Source: Macrostomum lignano
Lineage: Eukaryota
Length of the DNA: 64,000 bases
Assembly (NCBI GenBank): GCA_002269645.1
Contig: NIVC01000691.1
Coordinates: 186,001-250,000, forward strand
Direction of reading: 5' to 3'
The translations under genes were made by a program, and so were the position numbers. Every line of letters starts with the position of its first letter. Position 1 is the stretch's first letter. This document shows positions 13,332 to 26,800 of the stretch, piece by piece. The notes beneath the pieces are model-generated. The model saw only the letters and a list, made by a program, of their open reading frames with translations. It did no database searches and was not told the DNA's origin.

Positions 13332-13349
13332 ATCCCACCGCTGCCACCA
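13332..13349 (-). other. Primer binding site complementary to the tRNA-Leu 3' end
   Basis: Minus strand TGGTGGCAGCGGTGGGAT, 3 nt from the 5' LTR; it is the complement of ATCCCACCGCTGCCA+CCA, the 3' end of metazoan tRNA-Leu(AAG/TAG). Confidence 0.9.
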
Positions 13350-13352
13350 TTT

Positions 13353-15570
13353 TGATGTAACCGCCCTTGTCGCCTGTCCGCTCCGTAGAGAGACGAACGC
13401 ATGGCTAGAGGGGGCAATGACCGTAGGCTGCCTATGACCGGGCAATGACCTGACGGACCTCCAGCACCAGACTGTCCCGCCCACATGATTAGTAGCTTTG
13501 GTAGCGCTTCGTGACCAGAGGGCCAAGGACCCACATGGACCCCACCTGTAGCCAAGGTGCAATAGTTGGTCACTCGGTCATGGTATGACCGAGTGGCTGC
13601 CACCACTCTATGTGACCTGGCGCACCTGGATCTTTCTACCAGACCTCTCGAGGCTAGAGCCCCGCCTGGATTGGTTACCAGGGGATTTAGGCTAACAGGG
13701 GAGACGCATGCAGCCGAGTACAGGGACTCTGCTTGGGGCATGATCGGGAACTCTGGGCTCAATCCTGGAGGATTTCTCAGCAGGGGATCCTTTGTGGCTG
13801 TGAGCGAGGCTGACTTGCGACTTTGATTACTAAGAGTAGTATGAGGCGAACATGTACTGTCTACAGTTTAGATTGCTCAGGGCGAAGGGACGCGTTAGCA
13901 TGGGGTTGCAACCTTCCTACTGCCATTCTGTGCCAAGACTCGCTAATCCCTCTACTGCACGCACACGCGGCCCCGCAGCACGCACTCACAGGCGGGCTTT
14001 GCACGGGGAGAGGCCATTAGCTTACCCAAACTTCCTTATGCTTTGCCACCCCGGGAGAAAGGCTTAGCAAGCCATGAGTGAAATGATGGTGAAAGATTGA
14101 ATAATGATGAAGTTAGTTAATAGTTAATAATTAGGCCCTTAGGCAAATAAGCAGGCAATTAGGCGGCTTCACTATTGAGTAAAATACAGCAAAAGATACG
14201 GTATCACAATTGGCTCAGCTCTCTAATCAGACAATGGAAAATAGGCAAACCCCGGATAAGCAAAGGCAATTAGAGCACAAATTAGTAGTAGGAACTTACC
14301 GGCAGCTGCACAGAGAGAGAGAGAGGCGGAGTGACCGAGGGCGGCTGTAGGCTGCAGTCAGGCAGACGGTGAAGCGGCGATGCGCTGGAGCGACGAGGCG
14401 CTGATGTAGATCAGGCGATGCTGATGATGCTGGGCGGTATCAGACCGCTGGCCGATAGGCGAGCTCACTTGGGGAGCTAAGGATAACTTGGCGGTAACAG
14501 ACCGCGGACCGGCAGGGATTCGTCTTATAGACGAATGGGTCAGAACTCAATCTGACAGCAAGTCCAAAGAAGGACGAGGAGAGGAACAGAGATAAACTCA
14601 GTTGAGTATTCTCATGCCGAAATCGCTTCCTTTTATAGACCTCACAGCCGCCTCCTCAAGGTCGTTACCATGGCTCCCTCTCTCTGATTGGCTGCCGGCA
14701 GAATGACGTCAGAATGAGTCATGATGAGAAGCATGAGACCGGCATAGCAACATGAGAAATCGGGAAATTGCGCAATCCGGAGGTGGGGTGGGGGATAATT
14801 GGTGCAGCGGGTGGTCGCGAAAGTGTTGCGCAAGCAAACATTGAGAACAATAGGGCTGGGGTCGAGAACAAAGGAATTGGAAATCGGGGATAATTGGGGA
14901 AAACTGAGAACAATGGAAAAGTAAACATTGGAGAAAAGGTGATAATTAGGTGCGAAAACGAGAACAAAAGAAAGAGAAAATCGGAGAAAATGTGATAATT
15001 GGTGGGGGTCGAGAGAACAAAAGAAGCAAAAACGAGAACAATAGAAGCGGAGGTGGGGTGGGTGTCACATGAGAAATTTGGGAAGGAGAACAATAGCGTG
15101 AGAAAAGGTTGCGCAAGAGAGGGGGATGAGTCATCGATGAGTCACCGAGGGGGAGAAGGGGTCACACGACTTGCGTCACCGTTTGGGAGTTTGAGAGGGG
15201 ATGGGGAGACGGTGAGCACACAAAGTACTGTAAGTAGGCACAGGGAAAGAGGGGACAGCGCAGGAAAAGAGTGCAGAGGGAGACAAAAAAAAGGGAGGAG
15301 GTAGAGAAAGTACAGGAAGAATAGGGCGGGAACAGAAGAGATAGGGTAGAGGGGGAGGTACAGAAAGGGGTAGGGGCTCCGGAAAGGCAGGTGTGGCGGC
15401 AGGAGAGACGGGACCAAGGCAGCAGGAGGGGTGCAGCAGAGCGGGAGTCTCCAGGCCCGGTCGGAGACCTGGCCGAGTCTCGACAGCTCTGTGCAGAGGG
15501 TGCACGGGATAGGAGGCACTTTCGAAAAAGTTCCCATGCCCTATCCCGCGACCAGAGCGTGGTTACATCA
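13353..15570 (-). repeat. 5' LTR (2218 bp)
   Basis: Direct repeat of 3252-5468; followed on the minus strand by the PBS. Confidence 0.97.
14630..14721 (-). promoter_or_regulatory. LTR U3 promoter: AP-1, CRE, CCAAT and TATA motifs (copy in the 3' LTR at 4529-4620)
   Basis: TGAGTCA, TGACGTCA, CCAAT (attgg on +) and TATAAAAG (14630-14637, minus) in canonical order and spacing toward the internal region. Confidence 0.7.
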
Positions 15571-15696
15571 TTTGCAAAAAGCAAGATTAGCGAGGAACGA
15601 AAATTTGATGTTTGATCTGATGTTGACCATGACTCAGTCTATCACTCCCAGGATCCCCGTGAAGTCCTTGTGTGAGTCCACTTGTGGAGTCACTGA

Positions 15697-15697
15697 A

Positions 15698-15758
<61 letters not shown>
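15697..15758. repeat. (TCTG)n microsatellite
   Basis: Perfect tetranucleotide run. Confidence 0.95.
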
Positions 15759-15759
<1 letters not shown>

Positions 15760-15762
15760 GCT

Positions 15763-16810
15763 GAGATATGTCACAGTGTGTACATGCCAGAAAAAGAAAT
15801 TAGTGTCGACGAAGAGCTAGTCCTGTTCAGGGGTCGCGTCATGTTTCGTCAATATATTCCATCCAAGAAAGCGCGATATGGCATCAAACTGTATTTTCTT
15901 TGCAAAGCTAGATTCGGTTACTTCAGCAACTTCTTAGTGCACTCTAGTAGAGCTGAGAATGAGCGATTCGGTCAAGGTCTCGGGGGTGCATGGGGGGCTG
16001 TCTCTGAGTGAGAAAGTCCTGGTTGAGGCAGTTAGGTGCGTATTGGATTTAGGTTATCTCGTCTTCTGTGATAGCTGGTTCGGATCTTATCGTCTTGCGA
16101 TGTACGAGGTATCTGCTGCAGCGGTTCACCCTGCTGACATGCACAGTTCGCGCCGATCGCGGTGTCCCAGATGGCCTTCGTGGTATCCAGGGAAACCAAG
16201 CTCCAAGCTGCACGTTTATGCGCAAAGGAAACGTGCTGGCGTTGAAAATAGTTGACAGGAAGAGCTCGGGCCTAAAGAAACTTCCTTGACACGCAAGACT
16301 TCACCTTGTTCACCGAATCGTGCAAAATGAACTGGTCATCCTGCAGAAGCAACAGACAGTCATGTGTCGTACAACAAATTTATGGGTGGTTTCGACAAGC
16401 TGGACTCTGCCTTGCAGCCATACAACCCATGCCGGCGGACTCAGAAGTGGCCCACAAAGCTCGGCGCGCACCTTTTTCTTGTACTGGCCAGAAACGGCTG
16501 GGTTGTGTACCGATCGTGCGGACGTACACTGGAGTTTTTAAAGTTTCTGGAGACCATCATCAAGAACTTTATCGACTCCTCTGGGCCAGGTCGTGTAAGA
16601 GCTGCTCGGGCACAGCAGCAGCCAGCTGTGGCTCACCAACAGCACTCGCTGAAGCGCTTTGAAGCCACCGAAGCGCAAGCCCGACCAACGAAGCGGTGCA
16701 GGCAGTGCTACAGGAACGGCCAGGCCAAGAAAACCGTCTTCTGCTGCGGCTCATGTGAAGGCAACCCTGGACTTGCGCAGCCTCCTGCTTTGCCGACTGG
16801 CATGGCGCTC
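15763..16810 (+). pseudogene. Degenerate piggyBac-family transposase (C-terminal half)
   Basis: YMPEKEISVDEELVLFRGRVMFRQYIPSKKARYGIKLY; LVFCDSWFGS; YNKFMGGFDKLD; C-terminal Cys-rich KRCRQC...CCGSCEGNPGL; split over frames by stops and frameshifts; no terminal repeats confidently found. Confidence 0.9.
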
Positions 16811-19800
16811 AGGTGTAACTTAAATTCTTTTTTCGTTTTCAAAGCCAAAGGCAGCTCATATTTAATTGACAAACAATATGCGGTATAACTTCGGTTTCCC
16901 GCTCTATATTATTTTCTGGATTCTTTTAAACTTTCAGTCTAAAAATGTAAAAGAAAAAAGTAAAAAGTCACAGGGTAAAAAGTCTCAACGAGTGAAACAA
17001 GGTAATAGTCCAAACTCCAAAGCAGGGAAATTAAGCAGGCTTCTGAATTCCTAATCTGGAAATGCCGGAAAAGAATCAGTAACGCAGGTTTTACAGAATT
17101 AAAGTAAGTGTCAAAAACTCCGGAAAATAATTTAGAGCGGCAAACCGAAGTTGTGCCGGTTATAAACAGGTTATGTTATTGTTGCTGTTTATAGCTGTCA
17201 AACATTGTTTACGTTATAGCAATTTATTCTTATTAATTTTTACTGTTTCTTATTAAAAAAGACTACATCAGATAGAAAAACTCGTTTACCGTGATCTACA
17301 AAATGTTTTCTGTATAAAAAATAGTGTCATGGCCTGCTCAGCAGGCCAAAGCCGCAAGCTACAGTTATGCAGACTTTTTTTCAAAACCCAGTATCGAAAT
17401 GATCCTCTCATTTGGATCTTTTCTCGCCTAGGTAGGACCTCCTCACCTTAGTCTTGCTCTCCAAAGCTCTTTTAAGCGCATGTGTACTTTGAGTTTTAGT
17501 GGGATTTTTCACGGAGGATTGTTTAATTGCTTTTGATAAGGAGGAAAGATCGTGACTGACGTCGAGCTGCCTCAACCGGTACCCTACCCTCAAGGAGTCG
17601 CTGAAGGCGCACCTCAAGGAGGCAATCCCCGAGTTCCTGTAATGCTACCGCGGTTGACATTGCAACCAGTACGGGTCTGATGCTGGCTGAGCTGATGATC
17701 GGTCGGCCACATCCAAGGGGACCTCTGAACCAGTGGGAGCCGAAGCATCCGGCCCCACCGGATTCCTTGATTCCAACGGCAACGGCGGCGGCATTTGCAG
17801 TTGAGCGCTATAGTGCCGCGCCGACAGGGGCGCGATTGCCAACGAGACGCCGCCGACTTTGCTGAGACGAAGCGGCCGAACAAGAAGGTCTAGATCTGGT
17901 TTACAGTCAAATCGATAAACGAACTTCACTTAACTTTTGACTGCGCACACTTTATGGACTGTTGTGTTCCCCATGCGTGCTTCTCGTTGCTTTTCGGGGG
18001 GGGGTGATGTTGTCTTGCGGCCTTAGGTTCTGCTGATCTGATTGGCTTGGGGGTTTGTCTGTCTGCCCAGACCGGCCTAGGGGGGGGGGTTTCTGTTGTT
18101 TGCTAAATCATGCTAGTTATCATCTACTACATGTATTTGTTCGAAACCTGCATAAATATACTCTGTAAAGTGCGCACCGGCCTCTAGCCTGCAATCGCTT
18201 CCTCGAATCTACTTCATTTTGCCTCTACTTCAGTACACAGCACAACATGCACATTATTTGCTTATCCGGCTCTGCTTAAGTTGTTTTTTTAGAGTTCAAA
18301 TTACTGTTCCCATTCCCTAATTGTTAATATTAATTGGTATACACACTGGTGATTAGTGAGTCAACTACTTAGATATACAAGCGTAAATAGCGACTGTAAT
18401 TAGATAGTTATTTTCTGTTCTGTTGTGTTTTCGGAAAAATGAAAAGCTAAAATAATAAGTTAGAATACCGTACCCATTTGTAAGATTTGTTTTTATTTAT
18501 TTCAATTAATTTACACTCTTGTGTTATTTTACTGTTATTTTTCGACAGTTAGATCTAGGTTAGCATTTTTCCTATTTATAGCATCTGTGGTTTGTTATAG
18601 TTTATTCGTTGCTTAGTAATTATGGCGATAAATCGATGCCTAGTTGGATCAGATTAGACCGCGGGTAAATATCAAACACAGAAGTAAAAAAATTGACAAA
18701 AAATAAAAGTTCAGTGGCATGGAAAATAATGCTTTACATCTAAAGATAAAAGAATAATATAATAATTTTTCTACTTAAAACCACAAGTAACCCTGAATTT
18801 CAAGAAAGTATGCTGTTTGTTTTTTCGAAGAGTATTTTGACAACGATTAATACCGAAGACAAACAGTTTGTTTATTTAACTCACAAAATTGTAATTTTTG
18901 TTTTGTTAGAGTTATCTTTTTACTGGTTAGTAGTATTCATTAAAATCTTTTTTGTTTTTGATTAACATTTTGTTATAAATTGAAACTGTTTATAGTTACT
19001 AAATTTAACGTGCTATGAATCTGCCTGATTTATAATATAAACGGAATGCACGGTACTTAAACCATTTTTTAATATATATCGAAAACACATACCGTTGACG
19101 GACTGATAACGGACGGAATTTATTATTGATGACAAAGAAACGATTTCAACTGGGTTATTTATCTTTACTGAAATTTAATATGGTGATCGAAACCTGCAAA
19201 TTGAAATTGTAATATTTGACATCGATATATGTATCTAGAGTGTTCATTCAGAACATATTTTAATTAGGTAAAGGCATTGAGTTTTTTCAAATTACACGTT
19301 TGCCTCTTTACTTCAACTGAATCATCTTTTTCAATTATCAAATTCCAAACCATACCACAAAATTAACTATACTTTCCTTTAATTTCTTGCCAAAGAAGTA
19401 AAGAACTCGAAGTATTCTCTCAGTCTCTCATTCTAGTATGTTTCTAAAAAGCTAGAACTTGAAAATTCTTATAAATTTTCCTTTTGAACTTTTGATTAAG
19501 GTTCCCATCACCGATCAAATATATTGTCTGTAGAATTATTGTATATTCCCCATTTAATTTCTACTTTTAAATACGCAAGCAAAAACAGACCGAAACAGAT
19601 ACTTGAACTGCACTGGACTTAGGAAGTGCAGACCATAAAAAATCAATGAAAAGCGTACAGCTACTGGCACTGGGAAAATGTAAAACAGTAAAAAACGAGC
19701 CAAAATGATGCTGGCAAAAAAAGAAAAAACGGAAAAACTTGCAGATTGGAAAATACTATGCAAAGCAGATATGGCACTGAAAACTATAGGAAAAATGGAA

Positions 19801-19991
19801 ATGGCAAAGCAATACTAAAGCAAAACTGGGAACTAAAACATATATATATATATATATATATGTTTTGTCCTGTCCCTTTTCGCGGCTCCTGTACGTGCCT
19901 CCCATCAGTAGTATAAAGTAAAGTAACCACTTGACTACTCTATCCCCGTGGGAAAACCCAGAACCTTAAGTATCAGCTGGGTACAAAAAAT

Positions 19992-20720
19992 TACAAGGGG
20001 CGTCTCAAAAGTTCGTGCAATCGATCCATTTCTACCACAGACATCGCTCTAGTGGCTGCAGCTGTTACCACAGCTGTCCTGCGACCAGCAGCAGTCGTTT
20101 CCTGCGCACTTGAGCTATCTAGCTCGTATTTGCACCTTTCTCCTTTCTTAGCTCGTATTATTATAACCCCACCGCGATTGTCATCACCATTGCTTTCCCT
20201 CTTCGGTCGACGTCGCGGTTATGGGAGATGAACCGCAGGAAGAGCAGCGGTGGTAAATTAAATCTGAATGGCTGCGAGGAATGCCAGCTGCACAAGTCAC
20301 CTACAGCTTGTAGACGCGTACAGCAAGGATGAACTTTGCCAGCGCGATGTGTACAAGAGGTATGATCGCTTCAAGAGTGGCTGCACTTCGATCGACTCTG
20401 AATGAGCCAAGATCTGGGAGACCCCGGAAAGTGCGGACCGAGAGCAGCATCAAACTCATCCGTGGTCTGCTGGAAATCGATCTGCGATGGACATGCAAAG
20501 AAATGGCGGAACTCAGTAAAGTTCCTTCATCCACCATCCACCAAACTCTCAAATGCATAGAGGACCTGTGGCTGCAGTACGTCACTGTTCGATGGGTGCC
20601 GCATCATCTCGATGAGAGTCAGGAAGCTGGCAACAAGTCATCGTTGCCCAACAACTTTCTCGACGCTATCGACGAGAAAGCAACGAGTTGTCAAAATTGG
20701 TTGTGTATGTTGAATGACAT
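19992..20720 (+). mobile_element. Truncated mariner-type (Tc1/mariner) element with degenerate transposase N-terminus
   Basis: TA + CAAGGGGCGTCTCAAAAGTTC terminus; ATG at 20221; YKRYDRFKSG..EPRSGRP, paired HTH region, WVPHHL motif; decays at about the first catalytic Asp; no right end seen. Confidence 0.85.
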
Positions 20721-23700
20721 TTACAGCTCAGCTCAAAGAGCAGGTGCTGCAGTAGCTGAATTTTGAAGTCAATTTGTGTATCTCAGAAACCATATGAGAA
20801 TGAGTTGTAATCATCTTCATGGTATCTGGTATCAATTTAAAGAAAATAAGTGTAGTAATTTTAAGAATGTCAACATTAAAAATTGCCAAAATTTACAAAA
20901 AGGCATATAGACTCTCACTTTCTATTTTTGCATGTAAACACCGAGATAGCAGAGTTTAATTGAAAATGACTAAATAGAATAATATATATGGCATTCAGAT
21001 TGCAAGGTAAACATATACTGCTACATATAGAAATAAATACAAATAGAAGTAGATAGACTATGCTAGTGTTACTTGTAATGAACTTAACATACTCGTACAA
21101 TGAATTACGCTGCTCCTTCGGATCTAGCATTAGATATGCTATTATGCTTCTTAATTAAAAAGGCTTTCTAAGGGGTCATTAAATACAATTAAAATATACA
21201 ATACCAGCATTCTTTTTACTTTGACCTAAGCATATGATCTATTTCTAAGGGTTCCTGCCGTACCTATTGTCCTTTGCTTATGCTAGCCAAAACAGCATTC
21301 AAATATGGTGATATTAGAGGAACATACTAAATAGATTGGCAGGAATAAATTAGAATTTTTCTGTGGATTACTGAGCGTTAGAGCTCAAGATATACTCATA
21401 AGATCAAAAGTGAATATCATTAGAAGTGAATCATCACAGATTTTCACACAAACATAAACAAAACTGCTTACTTAAGTATGCTACTTGGCTATAAATGGTT
21501 AAAACCCAATATAATGAACTTAATAAGGTCTATACTTCTTTAGTAAAATCACAAGAACATGCAATGAAAAACTACTCTTTGTTTAGTATTTTTCTACATA
21601 ATTAGAAGATTTGGGAACATTTACATGCTTATGAGCTGAGTAAACTTACACCTTACAGGAAATTTTGTGCTTATGAAAAAAGTCTAAATGTAACATCAAT
21701 AGGCATAAGTAAGTAACAGTGCATTGACAGTCGCAGATAAAATGGAATAACAATATTTAAAATGTATCTGAAAGAATGAATCACTGAAGATCATAATGGT
21801 TGGCATTGTTTATCAGAAAACTTACACCTTACAGGAACTTTTTAACAGTAGACAAATATCATGCAATCGAGACAGGGCCAAATAAGTTCATAAATATTGA
21901 AAACACAGCGGTAAAACATCCACAAGCTCACAGATGAAGGTTTTCCCCAATATTTTCAGTCATTTTCCCATAGACAAATATATTACACGTGCACAAAAAA
22001 ACATTATGAAACAAAAAAACGTACTTAAGATACAAGTCAGAAAAATACGTTTTTGGTCGCTATCGCCACAAAAAACATAAACTTTGACTAAAAGTTTAAA
22101 AAAATATTTTTTAATCAGTTTTTTTATGAACTAAAGTTAAATTCATGTACAATTGCTTCTAATTTAACAATGAAATTCCTGATGTAAGAAAAAATTTGTT
22201 TATAACTTACGTACATTTCAATCTGAGATTTACCCCCGCGAATTAAGTCCATGCACTTTTACCAGTGCTGTACATTCATATTAATTGAATTCTAACCAGA
22301 TATTTCTATTATTTTTACTGGACAAGGTATTTTTTATTGGAGCTTCATAATGAAAGGAGAACTGATAAGTCAAAGTTCTCCCAATTTTTGCCTTTGAGTT
22401 CACTTTGCTAGGTTATTTGACTATATTTGTTACGAACTGAACTGTGTCAGTGACAGTGGTCAGTACTAAGATTCCTATGACAATGACAAGGAGAACAAAA
22501 AAACTTACTTTTTGGAGATTGAGTTTTTACTAGATTAGTCCTAGCTATCCAATAGTTAATGTACTTATATTTAGAAAATAGTTTGTTCAATATCATCTAC
22601 TCGATCTCAATACTGAAAAATATAGGTTAGATCAATTTGTAAGAAATTATCATTCTCATCACCCTCATCAGACTTCACACATCAATAAAAAACTTTTATT
22701 AGGCTTTATACTACAAATTTCCTTTTCATTTTGTTTGTTTTATTGTGCAATAGACAATAGCAAAGGGCACTGGTGATGCAACATGATAAAGATATTAAGA
22801 TATGATATGAAAAAAATATATTTTCAAAATTTCATTTTAAAAGTAATGGAATACAGGGTTAAGAGACGAAGTCACCAAAGGCTACAAAATTTCTATAGCA
22901 ATTTTATATTGTTCCTCTGTATTGCTTATGCATATTTTTTGCTTTGTTTTATGTAAATTAACTTTCAATTAGTTTAGTGTTATCAATTATTTTAAAATAT
23001 ATAGTTGTAAATTATATACATTATGATATCAAGTGACCAATTCCAAAGTATGCAAATATTTTTTGTTTAAATTGATTAATTTTTCATCAAGAAATACTTT
23101 ATTAGAATATCAAGTTAAAAATTAATGTATCTATCATGTCATCACACTAGAAGAAAGATTGAATCTTTGAAATTGATTTGAAAAGATTGAAGATTGAAAA
23201 GTTACTTTTTAAGCATAAATTTCATGCTTTCTAGTTTTTAAGCTTGTAATAAGGCATGTAAACAAATGTTTATGTGTAGGCCTATCAATTTTTCACTATA
23301 CATAGTATAGGGAAAAAGATAAATAAGCAAGCAAATTATCTGCCAAAACAGGAAATTGACAGTGAGCTTTGAATTGGAATGTGATATAAAGACTGGCACA
23401 ATAGACATGTTTTTTTTTACAACCAAGTATCAGCTTATCAAGAGTAGAACAACACACTTGATTATGAAGTCACATGGGGAATGATACTCATGGATGAAGA
23501 ATTGATAGCTTGGGTTTGTGGTCCAATAGCAAGGTCCCACTGTTCTAATCCCAATTATGGCCAAGGAGTTTTGAAGGTAGGAACTGCTTGAAGTGGTTCT
23601 GCCACCACCCCTATGCTGGGCATCTAGAGGGTGTCCTGACAGTGCTAAGAATGAGGTCTGTTGCATAGAGGGACTTTTGATCTGTGCAAGGGTATTCAAT

Positions 23701-23818
23701 TTTGATGCTTACACTGGCAAAAATTTCAATTCCTAAAGATTATTTGGATGCATTTTTTGTGATTGATGGCACCAGCTGGCTCAGTCTAGAGCAGTTAGTT
23801 GACCAGATTCTTGTCTCC

Positions 23819-26800
23819 ATGGCAACAGCCATGCTGTCGGGCCCTGGTGCCGCCCTGGGCAGCGGTCTCCGACGCTCAGCGGGATCGCGTTCGAGTTTCC
23901 ATGTGTTGGACATTAAATTGGACACTACGGAGCTCGAACTCGGGACCTCAATGACAGCTGGCGCAGAGGATGGGGTGCGGCAAAGAGGCGCGGTGACTGC
24001 CCTGTGCCACACGGCAGACATTGACGTTTTGAAGTACAGCGATGTGCCACACTTCCTGCGGCATAACGGCCACATCCGGGAGGGGTACACAGCATACCTG
24101 TCAGGCTTCGGCTGCATCAGGAGGTGAGGACTGTCAGGTTTAATGGATACACTCTAGAGTCTAGATAGTACGCTTCCCAGATTCTCAGTTGCTGGGCCAG
24201 CCTCCCAGATCCTCAGTTGCTGGGCCAGCCTCCCAGACCCTCAGTTGCTAGGCCAGCCTCCCAGACCCTCAGTTGCTGGGCCAGCCTCCCAGATCCTCAG
24301 TTGCTGGGCCAGCCTCCCAGACCCTCAGTTGCTAGGCCAGCCTCCCAGACCCTCAGCTGCTGGGCCTCAACTTTTAAGCTTAACTCCAATGACTAAAAAA
24401 CTGAAGTCTAATTAAATTAAATTTCAGCGTATTCCGATGGACCAATGAGACCATAAACATCTGGTCGCATCTATTTGGATTCGGCCTATTCTTCCTGCTC
24501 ATGCTGGTCGATAACATAATATTCATTCCTCTGTACAATGGCACATTGGCCGATCATCTCATTGTTACTGGAGCGCTAATGTGTTTTCAGGTCAGTTAAA
24601 ATCTATTTTTATATACTGTTGATATCATTTTTCTAAATTTAGCTACTTTAAGTAGAGCAAACCGCATTTTACGCTCGTAATTTAATTATTTTACAGTTCT
24701 GCATGCTCTGCTCGTCAGGCTATCACACATTCAAGTGCCATTCGGAGCGAGCGTTTTGGCGTTGGCTCAGCATTGATCAAGCTGGCATTTGCGTTGGCCT
24801 CATCGGTTGCTACCTGCCTTCTGTGCACTTTGGCTTCTACTGCTTGTCCGTAAGTGTTATATTTTTATTTTACAGCTTCCGTAGCTTCAAGTCTCATTGG
24901 GTGAGAGTTCCGTATCTTTAAATCCCATGGGGTGAGAGTGAGTTCCGTAGCTTAAATTTCATGGGGTGAGAGTTCCGTAGCTCAAATCTCATGGGGTGAG
25001 AGTTCCGTAGCTCAAATCTCATTGGGTGAGAGTTCCAAAGCTTAAACTCATTGGGTGAGAGTTCCGTAGCTTAAATTTCATGGGGTGAGAGTTCAGTAGC
25101 TTAAATCCCATGGAGTGAGAGTTCCGTAGCTTAAATCTCATAGGTGAGAGTTCCGTAGCTCAAATCTCATAGGGTGAGAGTTCCGTAGCTCAAATCTCAT
25201 GGGGTGAGAGTTCCGTAGCTCAAATCTCATTGGGTGAGAGTTCCAGAGCTTACACTCATGGGGTGAGAGTTTCGTAGCTTAAATCTCATGGGGTGAGAGT
25301 TCCGTAGCTTAAATCTCATGGAGTGAGAATTCCGTAGCTTAAATCTGATGGGGTGTGAGTTCCGTAGCTTCAAATCTCATGGGATGAGAGTTCCGTAGCT
25401 TAAATCTCATGGGGTGAGAGTTCCGTAGCTCAAATCTCATGGGGTGAGAGTTCCAAAGCTTAAACTCATTGGGTGAGAGTTTCGTAGCTTAAATTTCATG
25501 GGGTGAGAGTTCCGTAGCTTAAATCTCATGGGGTGAGAGTTCCAAAGCTTAAACTCATGGGGTGAGAGTTCCAGAGCTTAAACTCATGGGGTGAGAGTTC
25601 CGTAGCTTAAATCTCATGGGGTGAGAGTTCCGTAGCTTAAATCTCATGGGGTGAGAGTTCCGTAGCTTAAATCTCATGGGGTGAGAGTTCCAGAGCTTAA
25701 ACTCATGGGGTGAGAGTTCCGTAGCTTAAATCTCATGGGGTGAGAGTTCCGTAGCTTAAATCTCATGGGGTGAGAGTTCCGTAGCTTAAATCTCATGGGG
25801 TGAGAGTTCCGTAGCTTAAACTCATGGGGTGAGAGTTCCGTAGCTTAAATCTCATGGGGTGGGAGTTCCATAGCCTAAATCTCATAGGGTGAGATTTCCA
25901 TAGCTTAAATCTCATGGGGTGAGAGTTCCGTAGCCTAAATCTCATGGGGTGAGAGTTTCGTAGCTTAAATCTCATGGGGTGAGCTCCATAGCTAAAAATC
26001 TCATGGGGTGAGAGTTCCGTAGCTTAAATCTCATGGGGTGAGAGTTCCGTAGCTTAAACTCTGTCGTGTCGTAGCAATAAGAAAGACTCTTTTCTATTTG
26101 AGAGAGCTCTTAGCTGAGCGTAGAACTGGTAGCCAAACCGGCCTTTATATTATATTGAATATGACCGACGGCAACATGCCGCCTACATTAGGAGTACAGC
26201 GCGATCAAACTTCAAGCTTTAGCATATAGAATAGAAAGATGCAACGTGCCGCGCGTGCACACTAAGTACGAGTACATTGGTAATGAATACACTAGATATT
26301 AAGTACGCAGATACGCAACGCGAGTCAGATATAGTTAGTGAGCCCCGCCAAGCGGCGCCACAAACTCATTGGGTAAGAGCTCCGTAGCATTAATCTCGTA
26401 GGGTGAGAGTTCTGAGTCACAAGTCAAATAAAGTTTTTGTACTTACTAAACACTGCCAGCTAAACATTATACGCAATGCGCTCGCACCTTCACCATCTCA
26501 TTCCAGCTGTGGCGTGATATCTACCTGTTTGTCAGCTGCTCGCTGTGCCTGCTGGCCCTGTACTGCTCCCTGCAGACCAGGGGTCACTCCAAAGCCTTCA
26601 AACGAGTGCTGCTGCCGATGTACTGCTGCCTGGCAGGCTTCGGCACCCTGCCGGCGGTGCACTGGGTCTACCTTAATGGCGGCTTCGGAGCACCGGTGGT
26701 GTCGGTGAGCTGAGAGGATTAAAGTTGATGTTTTAAGATCTAAGGGAACTTTTAGTTTTAGGCTAGCAGGAGGTAGAATCAAGTAATGCATCGAAAGTTA

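Larger units (their letters stand above)
3252..15570 (-). mobile_element. Full-length Ty3/Gypsy LTR retrotransposon (~12.3 kb)
   Basis: Two ~2.2 kb direct repeats bounded by TGATGTAACC...GGTTACATCA; TTTG duplicated at 3248-3251 and 15571-15574; PBS and PPT in minus orientation; gag, RT, RNase H and integrase in Gypsy order. Confidence 0.98.

Noticed and set aside
21640-21840. 21-bp direct repeat aaacttacaccttacagga 175 bp apart
   Set aside because: Isolated duplication in AT-rich DNA with no other element hallmarks.
2980-22865. piggyBac-like right ends (CAGGGTTAA at ~2991 and ~22855; acaggttat at ~17167)
   Set aside because: No matching left TTAACCC end or inverted partner found, so they cannot be tied to the transposase remnant.
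24875-26060. CRISPR-like 30-bp periodicity (also other 20-40 bp arrays)
   Set aside because: Head-to-tail repeats with no unique spacers, no cas genes, and a eukaryotic spliced-gene context.
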